A stretch of 63,953 bases of DNA, filler included, from Nemertoderma westbladi (lineage: Eukaryota; Animalia; Xenacoelomorpha): the NCBI GenBank assembly GCA_032718475.1. It is 4 parts of 4 records of this genome, joined end to end, with 100 filler letters (N's around TTAATTAATTAA, not from the genome) between each part and the next. Parts side by side here need not be neighbours in the genome. Positions count along the whole stretch, not along the records: positions 22,839 to 50,307 come from JAUCBJ010002747.1; positions 50,408 to 60,773 come from JAUCBJ010006573.1; 2 more parts are not named here. One strand, given 5' to 3'. A model generated the notes under the pieces. It ran no database searches and was not told the origin of the DNA. It saw only the letters and a list, made by a program, of their open reading frames with translations. Both the position numbers and the translations under genes were made by a program. This document shows, piece by piece, positions 47,188-59,297 of the stretch (position 1 is the first letter of the stretch; each line of letters begins with the position of its first letter).

Positions 47188-50066
47188 TTATATATATATA
47201 AAATTGAAAAAGTTAGGTTGAGTTCCAAATCATAGTTTGTCCATTAAAATATATTATGTAAATAAATAAAAAATAAATCAATAAATCAATAAATCAATGT
47301 TCAGTATATTAATGTAAACTTATAATTTAAAAAAAACAGCCAGTTTATTAATGCATTTCAGCCTTGCAGCCTCTTCAGAATAGCTGAGTGGTGGGATTTG
47401 AGTTATTGTTGGTTGATATACTGTAGGTGGTGGCTGGTGGCTTAGAATGCGGGAATTCCCTAACGCCCCCGCGTTTTCTATTGGTTGTTGTATGACGCGT
47501 TCTGTTTATGGAGGGGAATAAGAGTTTAACCCTGGTTAAAGCCTCTTAGTGAAGTGTGTTTCATATCCTTGTCGGACCGCAATATTGGGAGTTTTTATTT
47601 GAAATAGTGGGGCTATGTCAAAGTCACCTGACACATATATATATATATTGGGTGAACGATACATTTTCTTTTCATAAATACCGGTATGTTTTATAATGCG
47701 GTGATTAAGTGAGGGGTGTTTAATATAATTATCACCGTTTTAACGAAATGTTTTAAAATATAAGGGTTTATTTCCAATTATGAAAATGTAGTATTCCATT
47801 ATTAGGAATAGGCCTAACATGGCATTTAACCAATAATGTCTAGGTTTTATTTTAATTATATAGATGGAATAACCCCAAGGTTTATTTATAATTGGTTGAT
47901 AACATTTTATGCATTCACTCAATTAATCCAAGAGGTAATGGGTGGCAGGTACTGATGCCCTAGGTATATTTATATAAAGGTATACATTGGAGTTTCAATC
48001 CATCTCGTCCAAGGTGTGGCATTGGGTTGTATTAATCCAAGGTATAGGATTCCTTATCATTATTCCAAGTTTTATATATAATATCATAATTGAAAATAAG
48101 TTATCCAAGGTGTATAATTTTATGACTTTAATATCCACTTTGTGGAATTGGATTGAGTTAATCCAAGGTATATATTTGATGGAATTAAATCCATTTTGTG
48201 GAATGTTAAACTTAATCCAATATTTTCACATTTCAATTGCATGGCATTATTCCACTGGAATTACACAGAATTACAATAATGTATATACCGAATTTACATA
48301 AATTCGAAGACCTTAATCTAAGATGAAGGTGTAGACAGGATCTAAAACACGGTGGAAGGTTGCAAAATATTTAGAGTGACACAAAATACAATATTAGTGG
48401 TTATTTCAAGGTAGTATTGGATACGTAAATACGAATCCAATCCCATTATCATACATCTGGTTATTTTGAAGGTTTACACTTTATTTGATGAAGCACACAC
48501 TTTGGGTGCATTTAATGAATTAGACTGTTTTGTTCAACTTCGTTTAAATTTCCGCGAAATAATGTATCTGTATGTGATGTTTTTTTTATTAAGTTTATAA
48601 ATTTAACAATGTAGGTACCGGTAGTGTAATTCAGAAACGGTACCGGGTACATGTAGTATATTTCAATGGGGGTCTGTTATTCTTTACTGTATATAGTAGT
48701 TCGCCCATTATGTAAATAAACAAACCAAAAGATAAGATTTAGTCTCACATTTAAGCTTTATTTGTAGGTATCGAAAATTTGACATTGCTACAGAAGTTGA
48801 CTTAAATTTGTGAAAGGAATTTGGCTTCTACCAACCAATTTGTATTGCATTACAATCTGTCAATCTAATCACCTGAACTCGGGAAGTTGTGTGTTTCCGT
48901 GATGGATAATGTTTGACTAAGAACAAGGTATGTCCACTATATTCTTCTATTTTATAACACTTTATTATTTATTGTTAACTCCATGGTGGACTACATATTT
49001 GCTAGCATTTAAAAATGTGCTTTAAAACTTTTAATTAAAATGTAGGGCAATCAACCACATCTTATAAACATTATCCAGAGATCCAATCGCTTTACTATCC
49101 AATCGCTTTTCTCTTGTTTTGTAGGTGTGGTGTGGTCCTACTCCAACTATATAAACCGGTCATGTTCTTTGAATAGTTTGAATTCTTCAATCGATGAGGT
49201 AATTATTTATTTAATGATATATATATTAACTATAATCTAAATGCACTAAAACTAATGCACTAATTTTATCGGTCACTAAGACAATTGCTTTTTCCACTAG
49301 ATTAAAGGGTTCTATTGAATTCGTTTATTGTTTTGGTTAGAATGTACCACTGTAACCTTCCAGTATTTAGGGGTAATTAATAGATTTTACCATTTACTAA
49401 TATATTTTAGTAATAATTGATATATTTATTGTATATATATATATTTTAGTGATTTTCCTTTTATAATTTAGTGATATATAATTGATTATTTTTCTTAGCT
49501 TCAAATTGAATGAAATGTTTCAAATTGCACTAAAATGTGCACTAATTGCACTAAAATGTTATATTGCTTCCTCCTGGTATAAAAATAGTGTACGCTATGT
49601 AAACCCACAGAAAAACCTCTGGGAAGAGAGAAAAAGAGAAAGGAAATATATATCTAAAAAAGTCGATGAAAATAAAGTCATAAAAATAGTGGATTTTAGT
49701 CAAAATCTGAAGTCTTAATAATCTTGGTGCAGCTTCACGCTATTGGAAACTAGGCAATAGTACAAACCAGGTGGTATACCGTCTGGGTCCAAACGGGGGT
49801 GGGACCGATTGGATACAGGCGGTTAGCTGCTTCTTTGTCCTACGACTTAGAGGATTAACCGAGGTCGCTCCACTAAGTCTACGGGCAAAGTGAGCAAGAA
49901 GCACTACCGTAATCTGACAGAGTCAAAACCCGGGAAGATTGCTGCTACCATGTCCTCACGAGTAAACCGTTGATCATGGGACGAATGGAGTAGCTGGTGG
50001 GCAGAGTGCGCTAACGCTCCAGGGCTGGTCAGCCAAAGCTCAGTTCTCAGCGGTAGCCTTACCTAT

Positions 50067-50307
50067 ACGTCCAAACACTAGGTTCCCGGAGGGGATCAAA
50101 ACGTTCAAACACAGTTTCCGGGGGGATCAAAACGTCCAAACACTAGGTCCCCAGGTCCCCGGAGGGGATCAAAACGTCCAAACACTAGGTCCCCATGTCC
50201 CCGGAGGCATCAAAACGTCCAAACACTAGGTCCCCGGGGGCATCAAAACGTCCAAACACAGTTTCCGGGGGGATCAAAACGTTCAAACACTAGGTCCCCG
50301 GAGGGGA
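50067..50307 (+). repeat. Variable-length minisatellite (31-42-bp units, at least 7 copies) running into a gap
   Basis: Constant ATCAAAACGT(C/T)CAAACAC alternates with related TAGGTCCCCGGAGGGG or AGTTTCCGGGGGG linkers. Confidence 0.92.
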
Positions 50308-50407
50308 NNNNNNNNNNNNNNNNNNNNNNNNNNNNNNNNNNNNNNNNNNNNTTAATTAATTAANNNNNNNNNNNNNNNNNNNNNNNNNNNNNNNNNNNNN
50401 NNNNNNN
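50308..50407. other. Artificial contig linker
   Basis: N44-TTAATTAATTAA-N44. Confidence 0.97.
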
Positions 50408-51305
50408 GCCCTACCCCACTCCAGATGCTCCCTACGTCCATGATACAGGTAAAGCTAGTAATTGGCTTGGAGGAGGGAGGGGGAACTGGAGGTACGTCGT
50501 AAACCCTCCCACGAAATTGTTTATACTAATTAGTTGGGTAATTAGTTGTATTTGGAATCCTTGCAAGACAAGCTTTTTATTGATATGAAAAAATAAAGTT
50601 ACTAAACATTAGTGTTTGATAATTTTTTAAATATTTCAAAAAATATTCGTTCTAGAACATTATTTTTTAAAAATAAAATAGCTAGTCATGTTCTGGTATA
50701 TTTCAAAAAATAAATTCAAAAACTTAACTAGATAGTATATTAAATTTGGTCTTTCTGACTATCCGACAATCTGTCCATCATATATAAGAAAAGGATCAGT
50801 TTAGTTTAATACCTGGAGTATACTACCCCCCCCCCCCCCCCATAGAGTTTCGTGGAGCTATACTTACCATGGAGCTATAGAGTTTCGATAAAGCTGTAAA
50901 GTTTCCCCCAGGATAATAATAATAATTTTATAAAGGCTTTATTTAATTAACCTAATCTTACTTAAAAATCATGACAACTAAATTATTGTTTACAAATACA
51001 TTTCAACGGATACAATAAATTTGTTAAATACACTCTAATTATATTGACGCAAAGGAACAACAGATATCAAGAGAGAGACTTTCAGTCTGGATTTCCGCAT
51101 AGAAAAATAGTTTTACAATAATTAGTATTAATTATTATGGGTAGAATGTATTCGAATATTTCAAGTGATTATTTCAATGAAACGTTGCAAATTATGACTA
51201 CAACACTGTTGATAACGGTTATAAGATAAGATAGTCTCTATACCATGTTATGTAGCAATCATAATAATAATCAGATTACACATCTTTACTTTAGGAAACA
51301 TAAAT

Positions 51306-51473
51306 AGGTACAAGACCATACACAACTGTTACATAATAGGTACAAAATGTACGCAACTTGGTACATAGTAGGTGTAAAAGGTACACAACTTGGTACATAA
51401 TAAGTACAAAAGGTACACAACTTGGTACAATGGGTACAAAAGTTACACAACTTGGTACATTGTAGGTACAAAA
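51306..51473. repeat. About 32-bp minisatellite, about 5 units
   Basis: Consensus AGGTACAAAAGGTACACAACTTGGTACATAAT. Confidence 0.88.
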
Positions 51474-51474
51474 C

Positions 51475-52340
51475 GGCGCCCGGGATACAATGGTGTACCC
51501 GGAAAGAAGATGCGCAGATAAACGGATAAATTCGGCGAAAATAAACATAATTTCAGCATTCTTTAAAGATACCGACAGACCAGCAGACTGCGGGAATACA
51601 GGAATAACGGGAGTTTGCGTAAATTAGCGGGAATCTCGAACTGTCGAAAGCTTTCCCGAGATCACTTCCGTTTTTACTGTACCGGTACCCAATTGTGCCC
51701 ACATCCAGATCGATCCGATAACCGATCACGTCGCCTAGTCCATATGGTTGTCCATAGTCGTCAAAATGCCGCCCGAAACACTTCTTACCGTTTCCTCCGA
51801 AGCCAAAACTATTTTTATCAGTCCCGATATCGAGTGTCGCGCTTCCGGTGCTCCAACCAACCCGGCATGGGCCCTCGCACCTCGTCCTTTACCGTCGCCT
51901 CGTAATAGCTGAATAGTAACGAAACGACCGGATCCGACTATTCCTTTAGTCGTCCGGGTACCGTGCCAACTCCTCTGGCCACGCGCATGACACAGCAACC
52001 GTCCGGGGAGATGGCCAACTGGTCACCTCTATCGCTCTATCGAATGAGTTCAACTGAAATTTCGTAGGCCTAGTTCTTCCCCCCGATTTCCCATCGAGTT
52101 TTCCATCTCGGAGTTTGTACCGTAGAGTTTCATGGACCAGCTGTAGTATCGGGATACAGAATGCCCCGGTCTTCCCGCTTCCGCCGCCATCAGCACAGTC
52201 TCCACCGCCCAGGATCAGAGCTGCAGAGGGACAGCCTCACCCTGCAAGTTGGTCGGTAGACTCCATTCCAGGACATCCAACGCGCGTCCGATTTCCTTCT
52301 GAACACCACAGTCAGCTACAGAGCTACGAATGATCCCATA
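51475..52340. promoter_or_regulatory. CpG-rich, GC-elevated island; candidate promoter or 5' UTR of an unidentified gene
   Basis: Dense CpG in an AT-rich background. ETS-like CACTTCCG and CGCTTCCG motifs. No recognisable protein in its ORFs. Confidence 0.4.
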
Positions 52341-52552
52341 CTGTGTACTGCAGTACTGCCATACCTGCATACTGCAGTACTGCCATGCCATATACAATAG
52401 CCTAATGCAATAGGCCAATACAGCAATAGTCATACAACCTGCAACCAGACTGCGTTCAGTGTTAGGCAAAACAGAAGTAGGCCTAGCCTAAGCAGCTAGG
52501 CTTGTACAGTCTGCAGTCTGACAGTTGTAGCTACAATAATTGCCGAAATGCT

Positions 52553-52588
52553 CGGATCGGATCGGATCGGATCGGATCGGATCGGACG
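52553..52588. repeat. (CGGAT)n microsatellite
   Basis: About 7 tandem CGGAT units. Confidence 0.95.
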
Positions 52589-55179
52589 GCATCTGACTAT
52601 AAATGCACCCTAGCACAGTAGCAGGATTCTCGATTCAGGGATTGAGTACAGCCTGACAGTACCGGTACACATGGTACATGCAGAATTGCAAAATTTGTCA
52701 GAAAACCAGCTGATTTATCCTACAGTAATAATAATTTAACGCATTTTAAATTTGGATAAATAAATTTATTATAACTGCAATAACAGTTACACTGATGCTG
52801 CACGAAGGCCCCACGCAAATTCTACTTGGAAAATTTTCAAACTTTTGCCAAACAACATGTGTACCATGAAGTTTGGATAGATTTCATCGAGGATTGGCCG
52901 AGTTATTAACGTTTAAAATAAAATACTGAAAAAAAACGCGACAGAACGACAGAACGACAGGTTGATTAATGGTACCACTACGCTAAGGCTCACTCACTTC
53001 GTGGCTCGCCCCACAAGTTACTCGCCTTCCCATATTGTTAAAGTATTTTAACTGTCAAGTTTTAAAAAACCATTCCAGATAAAACAAATATTTATTACAT
53101 GGGAAAAAAGTAGAACTATTTTTTTAATTATTCTTGAGGTACTTTAATTTACCGTGCGCAAGCGAGGTTAATAAAGGGTCGAGATAATATTGAAAAAAAG
53201 TTTTTTTCCCATGTAATAAATACATAATTTTATTCTTAAATAGGTACTTTTTTCTTACTTAAAGATATAGAACGAAGTAGTGTGTTACAAAAGAAATTGA
53301 ATATTTACTAAATTGCTTCCATAATTACGCAGCGATTCAAATTATTGTACCTTTCAAATCCTGATGCTGCCTTACTCAATGTTAAATTGTGTGTTAAATA
53401 ATTTTATGTTATGGAATATTTATTTATTTAAGTAGAGATCAGGCTCAACTACAAACCAATATTGGATAGTGAGTTCCGTTTTGGAGTACTTCTTGTAGAC
53501 ACTAAAGTTGCAATAATTTTTGAGTGTCTGCATGGATTTTGCTCAAATTGCGTGCAAACCTTTTCTATTTCGATGCACTTTCGATTCATGTAATAAAATT
53601 TAATAAATTTGGTCCTTTTTCTGCCGGTTTTGGGGGATATTCTGATCAAAAATAACAATTTAAGAATAAAATACATTCCAAGCCTTACCGTTTAGATTTT
53701 CTTGCTAAATGCCTGAACAGAGATGAATGTACTGTATTAGATAATAAAAGTATAGAACACTAATTAATTCTACGTAATCTCAGTTTAGCCTAAAAAATAA
53801 CATCGGAAGCAACCAATTTAACAATATAATGTACAAAACTCCTATGAAATTTGGTGATATGTACCATTGAGTCTATCAAACAGCTTTTGGTACCCGGCTG
53901 GTACCCTGGTTTAGTTTCTGGTATTGTTAGTTTAATCGACAGCTGTTGTAAACGTCCCAGATAAACAAAACCTACTAAGCTATTAATGTTTGGCATTCTA
54001 TCAGATTTCAGTAGTAAGTAACCACATAATAATTGCTAAATATCAATCACCTGAAAAACATTTCAAGCAAGGGAGTTGTGGGTATTTAATTTCGCGTTCA
54101 ATAATGTTGAAAATATGCAAATATTTCGAATATCGCACTTCGAATCGTTCCCAACTTTTTTATTCAACAACTAGACAACAATTGATAAATACTTGCGTTT
54201 ACAATTTTACAATGCATGCAAGTGGTTTCAAGCCATTTGGTGAACATACATAGTGAGTGATATAGTGACATATATAGTGATATAGGTAAATATAGACATA
54301 TATAGTGAGTGATATAGGTAAATATATCCATCGTGTTTTTGCCGGCCTCAGCTTTAGACAAAAACTACCCAGTCTAAAGACAGGTTCGTTATTATTTTAT
54401 CAGTCTTGGCTTCCCGATTCTCCATTGTTGTATTATTTCGCTTCTCCCGAGTCCAATATGGCAGAATTTTATTATTTCGATGCAAACATAATTAATTCCT
54501 CTCCAGGGGAAAATCGAGGCAAGTAACAGCTGATTACTCTCAAAAATGTAACTGCAACATGATCTATTGACTATTGCTCTATTATTTTGGGTTTTGGTTC
54601 AACCCCGTCCCACTTAATGCTTAATTTGAATTTCCTTCCCTGATATATTTATCTCCGGCTGGAATTAGTATCTCCGGGCCTGAGATACTATCTTCGGGCC
54701 AGAATTAGTATATACAGTAGTCCACAGGAAAACGTCGGGTGGATGGAAACAAAATAATAAAAGAGAAAGGAGCAGGTTGCAGGGTGTAGGCTTTTCTAGC
54801 CAAAACAATAAATAATGTTGTTACAATTTGAGGAAGTGGTGCATGGTTCAGAGGTGACTTTTGCAACCAAAACATCAAACAATGTTCTGAATAATACAGG
54901 GGAAGTAGCAGGTTACAGAAGTGGACTTTTCTAACCAAAACAATAAACGGTATTATTACCTATTAAGGGAAAGGAGCAGCACCTAAAGGCCCGCTGAGAA
55001 ACCGACCTTTTATTTCAAATCTAGTGAATATGGAATATCACATTCTTATGAATTTCAGCATCACGACGTTGTAAATTGGAGTTTCTGAATCTAATTTAAT
55101 ACAACTTTCCACATTGAGTTATAAATATTAATGACGAGTAAGGGTCTTGAGCCACGGCTAATATAAAATATTGTTAGTT

Positions 55180-55222
55180 TACCATATAGCTATTTCACGA
55201 TTCCCGCGCGTCTTCAGTGGTA
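55180..55222 (-). ncRNA. Minimal type I hammerhead ribozyme motif, inverted pLTR copy
   Basis: Reverse complement reads TACCA CTGAAGA C GCG CGGGAAT CGT GAAA TAGCTA TA TGGTA. Confidence 0.7.
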
Positions 55223-57561
55223 TATTATTTTAAACACAATATTAATATAATTTAACTAAAACAACCAATTCAAAGCCTAAAAAGATATATACAAAACCCG
55301 ATACCGTTATGATACTGTACAGTAGATATGACTATTTTAATAAAGATATTAGCTGTGTAAAGTGGCAGACCGGTAGAAGAAGTTGAGCATGGTTAGAAAT
55401 TATATCGGAAATTCATAATGCACCAAAACTAACTCAAATCAAAATTTAAAATAAAAGTATTAAAATGTTAAAAACTTTTAAAAATTAATAGTAAATAAAA
55501 ACTAAACCAATGGTGTACCCTATCCTGCTATTAAGTAGAATATCTATAAAAACAAATAAAGGCTAATAAAATAATAAAACAACAGTGATATAGTGTATAC
55601 GAATGACATGTGTATAAAAACATATAAAAAAAAGTTGCAGTTCGTACAAAGTACTCAAGAGGGCGATAACTATTTCGCTACGGACGTCCTTCATTCTTTC
55701 GTACTCTGGTGGATGATAGTTTCGCAATTTACGATGAGCGACTAACTGATGAGCATTTCGAGTTCATGAAGACTGCATTCAACTCAGCTTGTAGGAATCT
55801 ATATAAATGTGATGCCATCCAATTTACTATGGAGTACTCCCATGCTAATGTCGACTACCTCGATCTAACGATAGCTGCTAATGCCTACACCCTTAGAACT
55901 CGTTTATTTAGAAAACCAATGGCTAATAAACTACCTATTATGTACTCTAGTTTCCACCATAAACCTACGTTACGGGCAGTGGTGAAATCTGAAATTTTGC
56001 GTATTCGCCGTTTAACTGACTCAAACCATTTGTTCACATGTTATAAACATCAGTACCTCGAGTTGTGTGAGAACCGAGGCTATCCGCTGGATTTCCTCCT
56101 CTCCCTCCATGCATCGAACCCAACACCTCTTGGTCCAGTGCCGATCACGCAGCAGCCGTCTTTACCAACGGAGGGGGATGGTCCATCAGCACCCCAAAAT
56201 TTGAATAAGACTACATCGAATGGGCCAAAATACACCTCTATATATCTCCCTACGACCCCACAGTTCCTGCCTGTCCTAGCGCCCGTTATCCGCAAATACA
56301 GTATAATGCTGACTTGCGTTCGCTAGGTATTAGTGTCCAAACGGTCCCGCGTAACCTCCCATCGTTAGGTAAACTGTTGATCACCAAGTCCGAGCCAACA
56401 CTGCCTCTTGGTAATCACTCTTGCAATGGGCCTCGTTGCAAATGCTGCTCGGCCGTTCTAGACCAGCGCCGGGCACCATGGGGTGACCCCATCCATGGGA
56501 GATTTAACTGCAAATCATTTAATGTGATATATTTCATCAAATGTAAACTGCATCCACACTTGTGGTATCTCGGCCAGACAGAACAGCGTTTACATGAGCG
56601 CCTCCGAGGTCACCGTAGTGCCATAAATGACGCAGCTGGCAAGGGGCTAGGACTCGATTTATCGAGTCCTGAAGTCTTGCTACTGCAGCACTTTGCTATT
56701 TGTGGGATCGGTGCGCTCAATATTACATGTTCTAAAAGGTTTACTAACCACGAGCGTAGGATTCATTCTGAAGCGGTTCTAATTAACTTGCATCGCCCCC
56801 CACTTAATACTGTTTTTTTACTTAATACTGTTGTTAATACTGTTCTGTTTTTCGATGTTCCCCATATTGGTCTGTACTAAAACATGTCAACTTTGTTTTG
56901 TATATTCTACTTAGGATTTTGTATTAATCAGTTTGGTTTATTTTATATCTTATTGTTTTGCTAACTATGTGGCTCGCCCCACATGCCCGCCTTAATGATA
57001 ATTTCAACTCCAGTCATACAGCTGCTATTTGATTTTTGCATAGCTGGCCCCTCTGGATATTTACCCTATGGCGTAGTTAGTATTACTCAATCATTCTGTT
57101 AGTTTTATTTAATTAATTTTAAAGATTTTATTACTGCTTTTATTTCTGATGTTTTTTTTATATGTTTTTATATACATGTCATTCGTATACACTATATCAC
57201 TGTTGTTTTATTATTTTATTAGCCTTTATTTGTTTTTATAGATATTCTACTTAATAGCACGATAGGGTACACCATTGGTTTAGTTTTTATTTACTATTAA
57301 TTTTTAAAAGTTTTTAACATTTTAATACCTTTATTTTAAATTTTGATTTGAGTTAGTTTTGGTGCATTATGAATTTCCGATATAATTTCTAACCATGCTC
57401 AACTTCTTCTACCGGTCTGCCACTTTACACAGCTAATATCTTTATTAAAATAGTCATAACTACTGTACAGTACCATAACGGAATCGGTTTTGTATATATC
57501 TTTTTAGGCTTTGAATTGGTTGTTTTAGTTAAATTATATTAATATTGTGTTTAAAATAATA

Positions 57562-57604
57562 TACCACTGAAGACGCGCGGGAAGCGTGAAATAGCTATAT
57601 GGTA
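57562..57604 (+). ncRNA. Minimal type I hammerhead ribozyme motif in the Penelope pLTR
   Basis: Stem I TACCA/TGGTA, core CTGAAGA, short stem II, GAAA, palindromic stem III ATAGCTAT. Predicted cleavage after AUA at 57599. Confidence 0.72.
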
Positions 57605-58557
57605 AACTAACAATATTTTATATTAGCCGTGGCTCAAGACCCTTACTCGTCATTAATATTTATAATTTGAGTATGCTTACGCCACGAAAGTCATCGTTCC
57701 ATTACATTAACTCGCTTACACATTGAGCACCCGGTTACGAATTTCAGTTCTCGTTTATAAATCTAAGTACCCAGTTACGAATTTGTGTGCCCAGTTCAGG
57801 TTACAAATTAGACTGTCGATTTACGAATTGAGATCCCAGTTACGAATCCAGGAACCCAGTTACAGAGTTACGAATTGACTCCCCGATTCGAATCTGGGCA
57901 CTTGAATCTGTTTTGCCGGTTACAATTATGTCTGCCTGGTTTCGAATCTGAGCTCTTGGTTACAAAAGTCCCAAGTTACAATTTCTACTGTTTAGTTACA
58001 ATTTTGAGTAACCGATAACAAATCCAAGCATACATGAATATATCTTAGAAGTTACTATCTGATAGTTACAAATTCAAGTAGCCTACTCATAAAAGAGCTT
58101 GCATCAGTTCAGTTGAACAAAATTAGTTAATTATTAGATCACTTAATTATTAGAGCAGTATGTATAGTTCTACACTTTTACAGTCACTAAGAATTTCATC
58201 TGGACAGCAGTCATAGTAACCTGATGATATTTTCTTTAGACTCAGGGAGAAGAGTTTTCAGCTGTGTAACATTTAAAACATTAAGGGAAAGAAATAGGTT
58301 GCAGCGGCTGTGTTTTCTAACCAAAACAATAAATTAAACTTTATTTCACCTGCGGTCAATTTGCGTACAACAATTTTTCACTTGCGGATAATTTGCATCA
58401 CTATGTGAATAGGTATGAATACCACCGTAAGGTAGGCCTAGTGAAAATCGCTAAACTAATTGTATGCGTCGATTTTGTTGCTTGGCCATGGAATTGGCTA
58501 ATAATGATAATGATAAATAGTAATGATAAAATGATATAATGGTATAATGATAATGGG

Positions 58558-59250
58558 GGTACACCATTTTCGGACAACTCCTCGATTTATCACTCTCAGC
58601 GTTTCAAAATTGTTTGGTTTTGGCTTAAATTTGGAATATAGGTGCCTAAGATGCTATTCTACATGACAGGTTAGAAATTTTTTTTGGCTATTTAATATTA
58701 GTTAGTTAATACTAGTTAACAATAAAAAAAACTTGGTTGAGCTTAAAATCCTAAGGCATTTAGAGTTTTGAATCTAATCACATGAAAGTTTTTTTATATG
58801 ATAGATCAAAGATGGAGCAACATAACTATCAGGTGAAATTTTGTGAAAATAATTCTGCACCGCTAGGTGGCGCTGCAAATTTATGCTAAATTTTTAGGTT
58901 TGTTATAAATAGTATTAAATTTTATTAACAAAAAATTTCGAAAAGTTGTCTGATACTTTTATGCAGGGTGGCTATGGAGACACCCACAGAAAGTTTCAGA
59001 CTAATTGCTCGAAAATTGTAGAAGTAGTAGGGTTTTGAAATTGTACAATTTTTCATAATAAAAATATTTGGAGATAATTGACCTTTCATTAGTACATAGT
59101 AATAGTAATTTCAATAGGATTCCCTAAATGGAAATTGTTATAACTTGAAAACTAAAAGAGCTATTAAATAGCAGTTTGCACCATTCAAGGTGCATTATAA
59201 TAGACCATAAAAAAAATTTCGACATATTTCGGACCAAAATGGTGTACCGT
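58558..59250. mobile_element. Probable non-autonomous TIR element
   Basis: GGTACACCATTTT at about 58558 and AAAATGGTGTACC at 59236-59248. No ORF. Confidence 0.5.
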
Positions 59251-59297
59251 GTCGGGTACACGGTACACCATTTTGGTCCGAAATATGTCGAAATTTT
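59213..59297. repeat. Perfect 40-bp inverted repeat with a 5-nt loop
   Basis: 59213-59252 is the exact reverse complement of 59258-59297. Confidence 0.95.

Larger units (their letters stand above)
55119..57665 (+). mobile_element. 5'-truncated Penelope-like element (Neptune-like) bounded by inverted pseudo-LTRs of about 515 bp
   Basis: RT C-terminus (LVDD, VDYLDLTI, TRLFRKP, YSSFH, RGYP) at 55709-56326. Frameshift into a Cys linker (CNGPRCKCC) and GIY-YIG endonuclease (CKSFNVIYFIKC...WYLGQT...RLRGH) at 56314-56880. 55119-55633 is the reverse complement of 57152-57665. Confidence 0.92.

Noticed and set aside
49995-50056. GGGCAGAGTG and GCTCAGTTCTCAGCG recall RNase MRP RNA
   Set aside because: The conserved GAAAGTCCCC/GGGGCT P4 pseudoknot is absent. 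The segment is kept only as an unidentified structure.
50067-50307. CRISPR-like array (constant 18-mer plus variable linkers)
   Set aside because: The linkers are short variants of each other and recur, there are no cas genes, and the context is eukaryotic. It is a minisatellite.
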